From positions 450,905 to 514,904 of the forward strand of contig JACKNG010000001.1 of NCBI GenBank assembly GCA_024235015.1: 64,000 nt of DNA, read 5' to 3'. Below the pieces are notes generated by a model that was not told the origin of the DNA, made no database searches, and was given only the letters and a program-made list of their open reading frames with translations. This DNA comes from Gammaproteobacteria bacterium (GTDB taxonomy: Bacteria; Pseudomonadota; Gammaproteobacteria; Ga0077536). A program made the translations under genes and the position numbers. Below, one piece after another: positions 55,724 to 64,000 of this stretch (position 1 is the stretch's first letter; each line of letters begins with the position of its first letter).

Positions 55724-56479
55724 ATGGACCTCGGACTCAAAGGCAAGAACGTCGTCGTCACCGGCGGCAGCCGCGGCATCGGCCGCGCCACCGCGCTGGC
55801 CTTCGCCGCCGAAGGCGCCAACGTCGCCATCTGCGCACGCAGCCAGGACGCGCTCGACGCCACCCGCGCGGCAATCGAAGCGGCCGGGGTCAAGGCGCAT
55901 GCCGCGAGCTGTGACGTCGGCGACGCCGCGGCGCTGGCCGCGTTTCTCGATGGCGCCCGGGCGGCACTCGGCTCGGTCGACGTCCTCGTCAACAACCCGT
56001 CCGGCTTCGGCATGACCGACGACGAGGCCGGCTGGAAAGCCGCCGTCGACGTCGACCTCATGGCCACCGTGCGCGCCACCCAACAGGTGGTGCCGTGGAT
56101 GGAAGCGGCCGGCGGCGGCGCCATCGTGCACATCTCGTCTGCCTCCGGCCTCGAGGCCGGCTGGCCCGCGCCCTACGCGGCGATGAAGGCCGCCCTGTTC
56201 AACCACGCCAAGACCATGGCCGCCGAGCTGATGCCCAAGGGCATCCGCGTCAACTGCATCGCGCCCGGTTCGATCTTCTTCGAAGGAGGGGTGTGGGACC
56301 AGGTCCAGCAGAACATGCCCGACTACTACAACGCGACCCTGGCACAGTGCCCGGCCGGGCGCATGGGCACCCCCGAGGAAGTCGCCACCGCGGTGGTCTT
56401 CGTCGCCTCGCCGCGCGCGAGCTGGGTGTCCGGCGTCACGCTGCTGGTCGACGGCGTGCAGCACAAGGGCATCTACTGA
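55724..56479 (+). CDS. Short-chain dehydrogenase/reductase
   Basis: TGGSRGIG, LVNN, YAAMK (YxxxK), NCIAPG. Confidence 0.92.
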   Translation: MDLGLKGKNVVVTGGSRGIGRATALAFAAEGANVAICARSQDALDATRAAIEAAGVKAHAASCDVGDAAALAAFLDGARAALGSVDVLVNNPSGFGMTDDEAGWKAAVDVDLMATVRATQQVVPWMEAAGGGAIVHISSASGLEAGWPAPYAAMKAALFNHAKTMAAELMPKGIRVNCIAPGSIFFEGGVWDQVQQNMPDYYNATLAQCPAGRMGTPEEVATAVVFVASPRASWVSGVTLLVDGVQHKGIY

Positions 56480-56511
56480 TCGCGCCCGGCAAGCACAGGG
56501 AGAACCAAGGC

Positions 56512-57564
56512 ATGTACGACAACCCCTACTACTCGCAGGAACTGCACGGCCCTTACGAGATCTTCGAGGCCGGCGCGTTCGAACTCGAGGACGGCGGCCG
56601 CCTGCCCGACCTCAAGCTCGCCTACGCCGTGCACGGCAAGCCGAACGCGAACAAGGACAACGTCGTCCTCTTCCCGACCTGGTATTCCGGCACCAACAAG
56701 CTGCTCGAGCAGGTCTACATCGGCCCCGGCCGCGCGCTCGACCCGGCGAAGTATTGCATCGTGTGCGTGAACCAGATCGGCAGCGGCCTGTCGAGTTCGC
56801 CGCACAACACGCCGGCGCCGTGGAACATGGCGAAATTCCCGCGCGTGCGCATCAGTGACGACGTCCGTGCCCAGCACAAGCTGCTCACCGAGCACCTCGG
56901 CCTACACGAACTCGCGCTGGTGGTCGGCGGCTCGATGGGCGCGCAGCAGACCTACGAATGGGCGGTGCGCTATCCCGACATGGTCAAGCGCGCCGCGCCC
57001 ATCGCGGGCTATGCCAAGAACACCGACCACGACTTCCTCTACACCGACACCCTCAGCGAGGCCATCACCTCGGACCCGGGCTGGAACGGCGGCTGGTACG
57101 CGAGCAATGCCGCGGTTCACCAGGGCCTGCGCCGCCAGGCCAAGCTGTGGTCGGTAATGGGCCTGTGCCCCGAGTTCTTCGCCCAGGAAGGCTGGCGCGC
57201 CCTCGGCTGCACCTCGCTCGAAGACTTCCAGGTCGGTTTCATGGAAGGGCTGTTCACCCAGATGGATCCCAACGACCTGCTGTGCATGGCCTGGAAATGG
57301 CAGCGCGGCGACGTCAGCCGCCTCACCGGCGGTGACCTCAAGGCCGCGCTCAAGCGCATCAAGGCCAAGGTCTTCGTCCTGCCCATCGACACTGACATGT
57401 TCTTCAAGGTGCCCGACTGCAAGAAGGAGCAGAAACTCATCAAGGGCTCGGAGCTGCGTGTCATCAAGAGCGTGGCCGGTCATTTCGGCCTGTTCGGCCT
57501 GGAGCCCGAGTACCACGCCCAGGTCGACCAGCACCTCAACGACCTGCTCGCCATCGACGTCTGA
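56512..57564 (+). CDS. Homoserine-acetyltransferase-like esterase, MekB-like
   Basis: PTWYSGT, RALDPAKY, GGSMGAQQTYEWAVRYPD, KWQRGDVS, GHFGLFG; resembles Pseudomonas veronii MekB as recalled. Confidence 0.85.
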   Translation: MYDNPYYSQELHGPYEIFEAGAFELEDGGRLPDLKLAYAVHGKPNANKDNVVLFPTWYSGTNKLLEQVYIGPGRALDPAKYCIVCVNQIGSGLSSSPHNTPAPWNMAKFPRVRISDDVRAQHKLLTEHLGLHELALVVGGSMGAQQTYEWAVRYPDMVKRAAPIAGYAKNTDHDFLYTDTLSEAITSDPGWNGGWYASNAAVHQGLRRQAKLWSVMGLCPEFFAQEGWRALGCTSLEDFQVGFMEGLFTQMDPNDLLCMAWKWQRGDVSRLTGGDLKAALKRIKAKVFVLPIDTDMFFKVPDCKKEQKLIKGSELRVIKSVAGHFGLFGLEPEYHAQVDQHLNDLLAIDV

Positions 57565-57582
57565 ATTCAACCGGAGAAACCC

Positions 57583-58596
57583 GTGACCACCACCAACCGC
57601 GTCTGGCGCCTGCGCAAGCGCCCCGTCGGCGAACTCACCGACGACGTCCTCTCCCTCGAAGAGGAAGCCATTCCCGAGCCCGGCGAAGGCGAATGCCTGT
57701 TCCGCCTCAACTACCTCTCGCTCGACCCGACCAACCGCATCTGGATGAGCGACATGGACCAGTACATGCCGCCGGTGGAGCTCGGCGCGCCGATGCGCGG
57801 CGTGGTCTGCGGCACGGTGGTGAAGAGCCGCAACCCGGCGATCAAGGAAGGCGACATCGTCTCCGGCCTCGGCGAATGGGCGGACTACCAGATCGGCCGC
57901 GCCGGGTTCGTCAACCCGCTCGGCGACACCGGCGGCGTGCCGGTCGTCGACGCCTTCGGCACCTTCGCCGTGGTCGGGCCGACCGCCTACTTCGGCCTCG
58001 TCGACCTCGGCGAGCCCAAGGCCGGCGAGACCGTGGTGGTCTCGGCAGCGGCTGGCGCGGTCGGTTCCATCGTCGGCCAGATCGCCAAGATCAAGGGCTG
58101 CCGCGCCGTCGGCCTCGCCGGCTCGGACGACAAGTGCCGTTGGATCACCGAGGAGCTCGGCTTCGACGCCGCCATCAACTACAAGACCGAGGACGTGCCG
58201 GCCGCACTGAAGCGCGCCTGCCCGGACGGCATCGACATCTACTTCGACAACGTCGGCGGCGACATCCTCGACGCCTGTCTCAAGCAGATGAACTTCAAGG
58301 GCCGCGTCCCGACCTGCGGACTGATCTCGCAGTACAACGCGACCGGCGCGGTACCGGGGCCGAAGAACTACGACATGATCCTCATGCAGCGGCTCAAGGT
58401 GCAGGGTTTCATCGTGCTCGACTACGCCGATCGCTATCCCGAGGCCATCGGCGCGCTGGCCGGCTGGATGGCCGAGGGCAAGCTGAAGGTACGCCAGGAC
58501 GTGGTCGACGGCCTGGAGAACGCCTTGCAGACCCTGAAGAAGCTCTACACCGGGGCCAACACCGGCAAGCTCATGATTCGCGTCGAGGACGTCTGA
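57583..58596 (+). CDS. NADP-dependent alkenal/one double-bond reductase (PTGR/CurA-like MDR)
   Basis: YLSLDP, TAYFGL, VSAAAGAVGSIVGQIAKIKG, YFDNVGG, CGLISQYN, NTGKL. Confidence 0.92.
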   Translation: MTTTNRVWRLRKRPVGELTDDVLSLEEEAIPEPGEGECLFRLNYLSLDPTNRIWMSDMDQYMPPVELGAPMRGVVCGTVVKSRNPAIKEGDIVSGLGEWADYQIGRAGFVNPLGDTGGVPVVDAFGTFAVVGPTAYFGLVDLGEPKAGETVVVSAAAGAVGSIVGQIAKIKGCRAVGLAGSDDKCRWITEELGFDAAINYKTEDVPAALKRACPDGIDIYFDNVGGDILDACLKQMNFKGRVPTCGLISQYNATGAVPGPKNYDMILMQRLKVQGFIVLDYADRYPEAIGALAGWMAEGKLKVRQDVVDGLENALQTLKKLYTGANTGKLMIRVEDV

Positions 58597-58622
58597 AGGC
58601 GTCCAACCGAGGGGAGAACACC

Positions 58623-60479
58623 ATGCTGAAAACCACTCACCGCGCGCTCCTGCTGGGCGCGCTGGGCGCCCTGCTGCTGCACTTGCAGGGCGTCGCCGCC
58701 GACGATCGCGCCATCGGCGCGGAAGCCTTCGACCGCGCCTGCTCGGGTTGCCACGGCGACCCGCCGGTGCCGCGCGCGCTGACCCGCGCCCAGCTCGCCG
58801 CGCTGCCGCCGGAGAAGATCTTCCAGGCCCAGTTGTCGGGGCTGATGGCGCTGCAGGCCGCGGCGCTGACCGAGATCGAGAAGAAGGCCGTGGCCATCTA
58901 CCTGTCCGACACCGAGTGGGGCACGGTGAAGATGGAGAAAGCGGCCGAGAAGCTCGCCATGTGCACCGGGTCGAGCGCGGTCACGGCGGCGGACTTCGAA
59001 CGGCCCAAGTGGATCGGCTGGGGCCTGGACCTCGACAACAGCCGCTTCCAGCCGGGTGACCAGGCCGGGCTGACCGCCGCCGACCTCGCCAATCTCGAGC
59101 TCAAGTGGGTACACGGCTACGCCGGCGCCACCACCGTCACCACCCAGCCGGCCGTGGTCGGCGACCACATTTTCATCGGCTCGCCCAACGGCGCCATCTA
59201 CAACCTCGATCGCAAGACCGGCTGCGCCTACTGGAAGTACGACACCGCGGCCGAGGTGCGCGCCGCCATCGTCGTCGCCCCGCGTGCCGACGGTACCATC
59301 GGGCTCTACGCCGGCGACCGCAAGGCCAACTTCTACGCGCTCGACGCCAACAGCGGCAAGCTGTTGTGGCAGGACCGCGTCGAACCGCACCCGTGGTCGA
59401 TGATCACCTCCTCGCCCGTGCTCTACGAGGGCAAGCTCTACTTCGGCACGGCCTCGTTCGAGGAACTCGCCGGCGGCTCGAAGAAGTACGAGTGCTGCAC
59501 CTTCCGCGGCAGCGTGCTGGCCTACGACGCCGAGAGCGGCAAGAAGCTGTGGCAGAGCTACGTCATTCCCGGCGAACCGCAGAAGACCAAGGTGACCACC
59601 GAGGGCGTGCAGTTGTGGGGACCGTCAGGCGCGGCGGTGTGGTCGAGCCCGACGCTCGATCCGGCCCACAACACGCTCTACGTGACGACGGGGGACTCCT
59701 ACTCCGCGCCGGCCGCCGACACCTCCGACGCCATCGTCGCCATGGACATGACCACCGGCGCCATCAAGTGGTTCAAACAGATGACGGCGGACGATGCGTT
59801 CACCGCGGCCTGCGTCGCGCCCAACGCCGACCCGGTGTCCAAGGAGGGCTGCGGGCCGGACGTCGACTTCGGCGCCTCGGCCATCCTGCGCACCCTGCCG
59901 AACGGCAAGCGCCTGCTGCTGGCCGGTCAGAAGTCGGGCGTCATGCACGCCGTCGACCCGGACGCGGACGGCGCCATCGTGTGGCAGAAGCGGCTCTCGC
60001 CGGGTGGCGTGCTGGGCGGCATCGAGTGGGGCTTCGCCGCCGATGACACCCACCTCTACGTGCCCATCTCGGACGTGTGGGAGACCAAGCACGCGCCGGG
60101 CGCGGCGGGCGGCATCTATGCGCTGAACTTCGCCGACGGCAGCGAGCTGTGGAACACCCCGGCGGCCAAGCCCGACTGCAACGACATCCCCGGCTGCAAT
60201 GCCGGCCAGCCGGCAGCGGCCACGCTCATCCCGGGCGTGGTGTTCTCGGGCTCCATGGACGGCCACATGCGCGCCTACGACCCGGCCAGCGGCAAGGTCA
60301 TCTGGGATGTCGACACCAAGGGCGAACACGCCACCGTCAACGGCGTCCCTGCCCACGGCGGCTCGATCAAGGGCGCCGGCGTGACCGTGGTGAACGGCTG
60401 GGTCTACTTCGGCTCCGGCTACGGTCTCTTCGGCATGCCCGGCAACATGTTCATGGCGTTCGGGCCGAAAGGGGACTAG
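58623..60479 (+). CDS. PQQ-dependent quinohemoprotein dehydrogenase, polyvinyl-alcohol dehydrogenase family
   Basis: Signal peptide, CSGCH heme c motif, PQQ beta-propeller repeats, ECCTFRGS, SGAAVWSSP, DVDFG, GGIEWG, SGYG. Confidence 0.88.
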   Translation: MLKTTHRALLLGALGALLLHLQGVAADDRAIGAEAFDRACSGCHGDPPVPRALTRAQLAALPPEKIFQAQLSGLMALQAAALTEIEKKAVAIYLSDTEWGTVKMEKAAEKLAMCTGSSAVTAADFERPKWIGWGLDLDNSRFQPGDQAGLTAADLANLELKWVHGYAGATTVTTQPAVVGDHIFIGSPNGAIYNLDRKTGCAYWKYDTAAEVRAAIVVAPRADGTIGLYAGDRKANFYALDANSGKLLWQDRVEPHPWSMITSSPVLYEGKLYFGTASFEELAGGSKKYECCTFRGSVLAYDAESGKKLWQSYVIPGEPQKTKVTTEGVQLWGPSGAAVWSSPTLDPAHNTLYVTTGDSYSAPAADTSDAIVAMDMTTGAIKWFKQMTADDAFTAACVAPNADPVSKEGCGPDVDFGASAILRTLPNGKRLLLAGQKSGVMHAVDPDADGAIVWQKRLSPGGVLGGIEWGFAADDTHLYVPISDVWETKHAPGAAGGIYALNFADGSELWNTPAAKPDCNDIPGCNAGQPAAATLIPGVVFSGSMDGHMRAYDPASGKVIWDVDTKGEHATVNGVPAHGGSIKGAGVTVVNGWVYFGSGYGLFGMPGNMFMAFGPKGD

Positions 60480-60627
60480 TCCCCGCATCCAGCGCCGGTC
60501 CGTCGCGGTCCGCCCCGGGCCGCGGCGGCCGGTCGCCTCCCCTGACGGGCGACGGGCCGGGCGCAGTTCGGCACAGCGGGGCGACGGTACGCTGCATCGC
60601 GGCCGGCAACTCATTACCATCGCGTCC

Positions 60628-61932
60628 ATGGATACGCTCACCCCCGCCCCCGCTGCTTCACTCAGCGCATTCCCCCCGGCCGAGTACGCCGCACGCCGCG
60701 CCCGCGCTCGCGACGCCATGCGCCGCGAAGGCCTCGACGCCATCCTGGTCTCGACGCCGGAGAACATCTACTACCTCACCGGCCTCGACCACATGGGCTA
60801 CTTCGCCTACCAGATGCTGGTACTGGCGCTGGACGGCGAACCGGTGCTCATCACCCGCGCCATGGAGCGCGTGACCATCGAGCTGCAGGTACCCGATCTC
60901 GTGCACGTCGGCTACAGCGACGGCAGCCACGCCGCCGCGACCGGTGACCCCGGCGAGATCGAAGGCGACATCGGTGGCAACCTGTTCGTCGAGCCGCTGC
61001 TCGACGAGCGTTCGCGTCCCGGGGTCATCGACCTCGACGCCGACTTCTCGCCCCCCGTCAAAGTGACCTGCGGCGCGGTCGCCGACCTCGGGCTCGCCGC
61101 AGGCCGCCTGGGCCTCGAGATGGGCGGCAGCTTCCTGTCCTACCGCGTTGCCAACGGCATTCAACGCGGCTTACCGCAGGCGCGCTGGCACGATGCCACC
61201 GGCCTGGTCGACCAGCTGCGCCAGGTCCAGTCGCCGGCCGAGCTCGCCTACACCCGGCGCGCGGCGGTGATCTCCGACGCCATGCTGCAGGCGGCCATCG
61301 CCGCCGCCGGCGAACGCATCCACCACGGCGAGATCATGGCCGCGATCTACGACGCCATGTTCCGCCGCGGCGGCACCTACCCGGGCTTCGTGCCCCTGGT
61401 GCGCTCATCGGCCAACCTGCTCGAGGAGCACGGCACCTGGGGCGACATCAGCCTGGCCGCGGGCGACCTGCTGTTCCTCGAGATGTCGGGCTGCGCGCGG
61501 CGCTACCACGCGCCGATGGGGCGGGTGGTCCACATCGGTGACGTGCCGGCCAGCGCCGGCCGCGCGCTCGAAGTCTGTGCAGAAGCCCAGACGGCCGCCT
61601 TCGACGCCCTGCGGCCCGGCGTCCTGGCGGGCGATGTCTACGCTGCCTGGCAGGGCGTCCTCGACGGCCGCGGGCTGGCCAGCTACCGCCGGCATCACTG
61701 CGGCTACGCGGTCGGCATCGGCTACCCGCCGAGCTGGTCGGGCGGCGGCGTGCCGGTCGGTCTGCGCGCCGATTCGACGATGCCGATCCGCGCCGGCATG
61801 GTCTTCCACCTGATGTCCTGGCTGCTGCGCTCGGAGCACGGTGATTCGTTTCTCTCCGACACCGTGGTCGTCACCGCCGACGGTGCCGAGATGCTCACCA
61901 CCACCACGCGCGAACTGCTGCGGCGGATCTGA
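60628..61932 (+). CDS. M24/creatinase-fold hydrolase, ectoine hydrolase DoeA-like
   Basis: PENIYYLTG, VKS-like VQSPAELAY, EMSGCARRYHAP, GIGYPPSW, GMVFHL. Confidence 0.82.
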   Translation: MDTLTPAPAASLSAFPPAEYAARRARARDAMRREGLDAILVSTPENIYYLTGLDHMGYFAYQMLVLALDGEPVLITRAMERVTIELQVPDLVHVGYSDGSHAAATGDPGEIEGDIGGNLFVEPLLDERSRPGVIDLDADFSPPVKVTCGAVADLGLAAGRLGLEMGGSFLSYRVANGIQRGLPQARWHDATGLVDQLRQVQSPAELAYTRRAAVISDAMLQAAIAAAGERIHHGEIMAAIYDAMFRRGGTYPGFVPLVRSSANLLEEHGTWGDISLAAGDLLFLEMSGCARRYHAPMGRVVHIGDVPASAGRALEVCAEAQTAAFDALRPGVLAGDVYAAWQGVLDGRGLASYRRHHCGYAVGIGYPPSWSGGGVPVGLRADSTMPIRAGMVFHLMSWLLRSEHGDSFLSDTVVVTADGAEMLTTTTRELLRRI

Positions 61933-61984
61933 ATCGGCCGTGGACGGACTGCACCCTGCGGCCAGCGCTCGAGCATTTACCCCT

Positions 61985-61999
61985 CGGTGGCAGACACCA
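61985..61999. repeat. Degenerate family 2 palindrome
   Basis: CGGTGGCAGACACCA, 2 mismatches to CGGTGTCnGACACCG, downstream of the SDR gene. Confidence 0.5.
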
Positions 62000-62059
62000 C
62001 GGCGCGCGCCACAGGCCGCTTCCGGTACGGCTGGCTCGTGGCGCGCCCCACCACGGCCG

Positions 62060-62842
62060 TCAGATCATCGTCCGCCCACCATCCACGGCCCACGACTGGC
62101 CGTTGACGTAGCTCGCCTCGTCGCAGGCGAGGTAGACGACCAGGCTGGCCACTTCCTCGGGCCGGATGAAGCGCTTGAGCGGCACCGAGTTGACGAAGTT
62201 CCGCGTCGTCGTTTCGACATCCAGTCCGGCCACCCGCGCATGCTCGGTGATGAAACTGGTCGCCATGTCGGTATCGACCACCCATGGGCACACCGCGTTG
62301 ACGCGCACGCCCTGGGCGGCGAGTTCCAGCGCGAGGCAGCGGGTGAGACCGATGACGGCGTGCTTGGAGACGTTGTAGGCCGCCTGGTTGGGGGTGCCCC
62401 ACTTGCCGGCGGTCGAGGCCAGGTTGACGATGCTGCCGGCGCCGCGCGCGACCATGCCGGGCAGCACGAGCTGGGTGACGTGCAGCACGCCGATGAAATT
62501 GACCTCGAAGAGATCGCGGAAGTCCTGCGCGTCGTAATCGAGAAAGGCCGCCGCGCGATGGATACCGGCGTTGTTGACCAGCACGTCGATACCCCCGGCC
62601 GCCTCGGCCTGTTCGACCATCGCCGCCATCGCCGCGCGATCGGTGACGTCGCCGGCATGGACCGCCACGGCGACCCCGAAACGTCGCCGCAGGTCTGCGG
62701 CGACCGCCTCGAGGCGCGTCGCGTCGCGCGCATTCAACACCAGGCCCGCACCTTCCGCTGCGCAGGCCTCCGCCACCGCCAGGCCGATGCCGCGGCTGCC
62801 GCCGGTGATGAGCGCGGTGCGCCCGGCCAGTCGTCCACTCAT
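62060..62842 (-). CDS. Short-chain dehydrogenase/reductase
   Basis: TGGSRGIG, LVNNAG, YNVSK (YxxxK), NAVCPW..DT. Confidence 0.93.
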   Translation of the reverse strand: MSGRLAGRTALITGGSRGIGLAVAEACAAEGAGLVLNARDATRLEAVAADLRRRFGVAVAVHAGDVTDRAAMAAMVEQAEAAGGIDVLVNNAGIHRAAAFLDYDAQDFRDLFEVNFIGVLHVTQLVLPGMVARGAGSIVNLASTAGKWGTPNQAAYNVSKHAVIGLTRCLALELAAQGVRVNAVCPWVVDTDMATSFITEHARVAGLDVETTTRNFVNSVPLKRFIRPEEVASLVVYLACDEASYVNGQSWAVDGGRTMI

Positions 62843-62871
62843 GTCCCGTCTCCTTCACTGTGTCTCGCTGC

Positions 62872-63065
62872 CGTGTCGGACACCGGTCGACAGCCGGGAC
62901 TCGGGAACCTCGTCCCGGTGTCTGACATCGCACAGCAACGCGTTGAATCCTCGGCACGGACCCGATCGGTGTCGGACACCGTCGTGGTCGATCCGCCGCC
63001 ACCCTATCACCCTGCCGCGAACCCCGTCGCGGTGTCTGACACCGCGTGGCGGCGCGTTGAATTCC
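62872..63065. repeat. Array of four 15-bp palindromes CGGTGTC(G/T)GACACCG (family 2, BIME-like)
   Basis: Copies at 62872-62885, 62916-62930, 62967-62981 and 63030-63044, with alternating G/T centres. GCGTTGAAT(T)CC follows copies 2 and 4. Confidence 0.85.
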
Positions 63066-63135
63066 GGTCAGGCCACCGGCCGTCGTCGGCCACGCTCGGA
63101 GCGGGCCGGCCCTCGCGCCCGGGTCCGGCCGCCGC

Positions 63136-64000
63136 TCACGCCTCCGCCACCGAGCGAAAGCGGAAGCTCTCCCGGTAGCGCGACGGCGTCATACCCACGT
63201 AGCGCTTGAACAGGGTGCGGAAGAACGCCGCATCCGCGTAGCCGACCCTCGCCGCAACCTGGTCGATGGGGGTGTTGTCGTGCTCGAGCAGGCGCCGCGC
63301 GGCATTCAGGCGCAGCTTCTGCAGGTAGACCTTGGGGGGATCGCCGAAAGCCTCCTGGAAGCGCCGGTAGAAGGTGCGCCAGGACATGCCGAAGTCGGCC
63401 GCCAGGCGTTCGAAATGGATCGGCTGGTGGAAGTGGCCGAGGATCCAGCTCTCCACTGCGGCCATGGAACCAGCCTCGATGCCGGCGCGTTGCAGCATCG
63501 GCGGCGGCACGTTCTGGCGCACCCGCGGCAGGTCGGCGAGAAACCATTGCGCGCAGGCCAGCAGGGTGTCGCGCCCGCACAGGCGGTCGACGAGGTAGAG
63601 AGTGAGGTCGATGGTCGCGCTCGCCCCGCAGCAGGAGTAGATGCCGTGGTCCTCGACCACCATGCGCTCGGCCGTCCAGTCGACGCGCGGGAAGCGCTGG
63701 CGGACCTCGTCGATCAGGCTCCAGTGCATGGCCACGGTGCGGCCGTCGAGCAGGCCGCCGTGGGCGAGCAGGGCCTGGCTCGGGCAGACCGTCGCCACCG
63801 GCACGCCACGCGCCATCTCGGCCGCGAGCCAGCCGAGGATGCCGGCATTGGCCTCGATCACCTCGTCGACGTTGCACGGCATGCCGGCGAGAAAGATGAA
63901 ATCGGCCGCCCGGGCATCGGCGATCGAGGCCACCGGGGTGATGGTGACGCAGCCGTCGCAGGTCACCGCCGCACCGTCACGCGTGATCACCGAGACCTCG
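63136..64000 (-). CDS. GlxA-family AraC transcriptional regulator (N-terminus beyond window end)
   Basis: DJ-1-like domain then dual HTH: SWRTFYRRFQEAFG, LRLNAARRLLE, VGYADAAFFRTLFKRYVGMTPSRYRESF. Confidence 0.92.
   Translation of the reverse strand, partial: EVSVITRDGAAVTCDGCVTITPVASIADARAADFIFLAGMPCNVDEVIEANAGILGWLAAEMARGVPVATVCPSQALLAHGGLLDGRTVAMHWSLIDEVRQRFPRVDWTAERMVVEDHGIYSCCGASATIDLTLYLVDRLCGRDTLLACAQWFLADLPRVRQNVPPPMLQRAGIEAGSMAAVESWILGHFHQPIHFERLAADFGMSWRTFYRRFQEAFGDPPKVYLQKLRLNAARRLLEHDNTPIDQVAARVGYADAAFFRTLFKRYVGMTPSRYRESFRFRSVAEA

Noticed and set aside
61977-63002. 341-aa minus-strand ORF with repeated RCPTP/RCQTP/RCPTR peptides
   Set aside because: The peptides are translations of the family 2 DNA palindromes, and the rest is an off-frame reading of the SDR gene.
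62872-63044. Possible CRISPR array
   Set aside because: Repeats are only 15 bp, spacers vary from about 29 to 48 nt and share a sub-repeat, and there is no leader or cas gene in the window.
1-64000. tRNA, rRNA, transposase, integrase, prophage or defence genes
   Set aside because: No recognisable motifs on either strand by eye; a covariance or HMM scan would be needed to exclude small RNAs formally.

Overview
High-GC, gene-dense window from a Gram-negative bacterium. A TonB-dependent receptor, an LpxR-type outer-membrane barrel, cbpA-cbpM, srkA and nhaA point to a proteobacterium, probably Gammaproteobacteria (inference). About 60 CDSs are supported, dominated by lipid, acyl-CoA, ester and redox catabolism: an SCP2-type thiolase, two acyl-CoA ligases, three CaiB/BaiF CoA-transferases, an acyl-CoA dehydrogenase, three luciferase-like (probably F420-type) oxidoreductases, two nitronate-monooxygenase-family enzymes, several alpha/beta and metallo-beta-lactamase-fold hydrolases, and a PQQ/heme c dehydrogenase. 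Housekeeping genes include folD, a class I DAHP synthase, cbpAM, nhaA and srkA. No rRNA, tRNA, transposase, integrase or CRISPR-cas was seen. Main observations: (1) a polyhydroxyalkanoate island built on the Bacillus class IV plan (PhaQ-like repressor divergent from phasin-like, esterase, short PhaR-like subunit, small PhaC, GNAT), with two overlapping back-to-back sigma70 promoters whose -35 boxes form one palindrome; (2) a Ser/Thr kinase, ECF sigma, zinc anti-sigma and subtilase module whose anti-sigma appears to end in a subtilase-prodomain-like domain; (3) two families of intergenic palindromic REP/REPIN-like elements; (4) a same-strand cluster for possible ester, secondary-alcohol and ketone catabolism; (5) an ECF41 sigma with its consensus promoter directly upstream. 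Family calls come from motif recognition without database searches, and start codons were chosen by eye.
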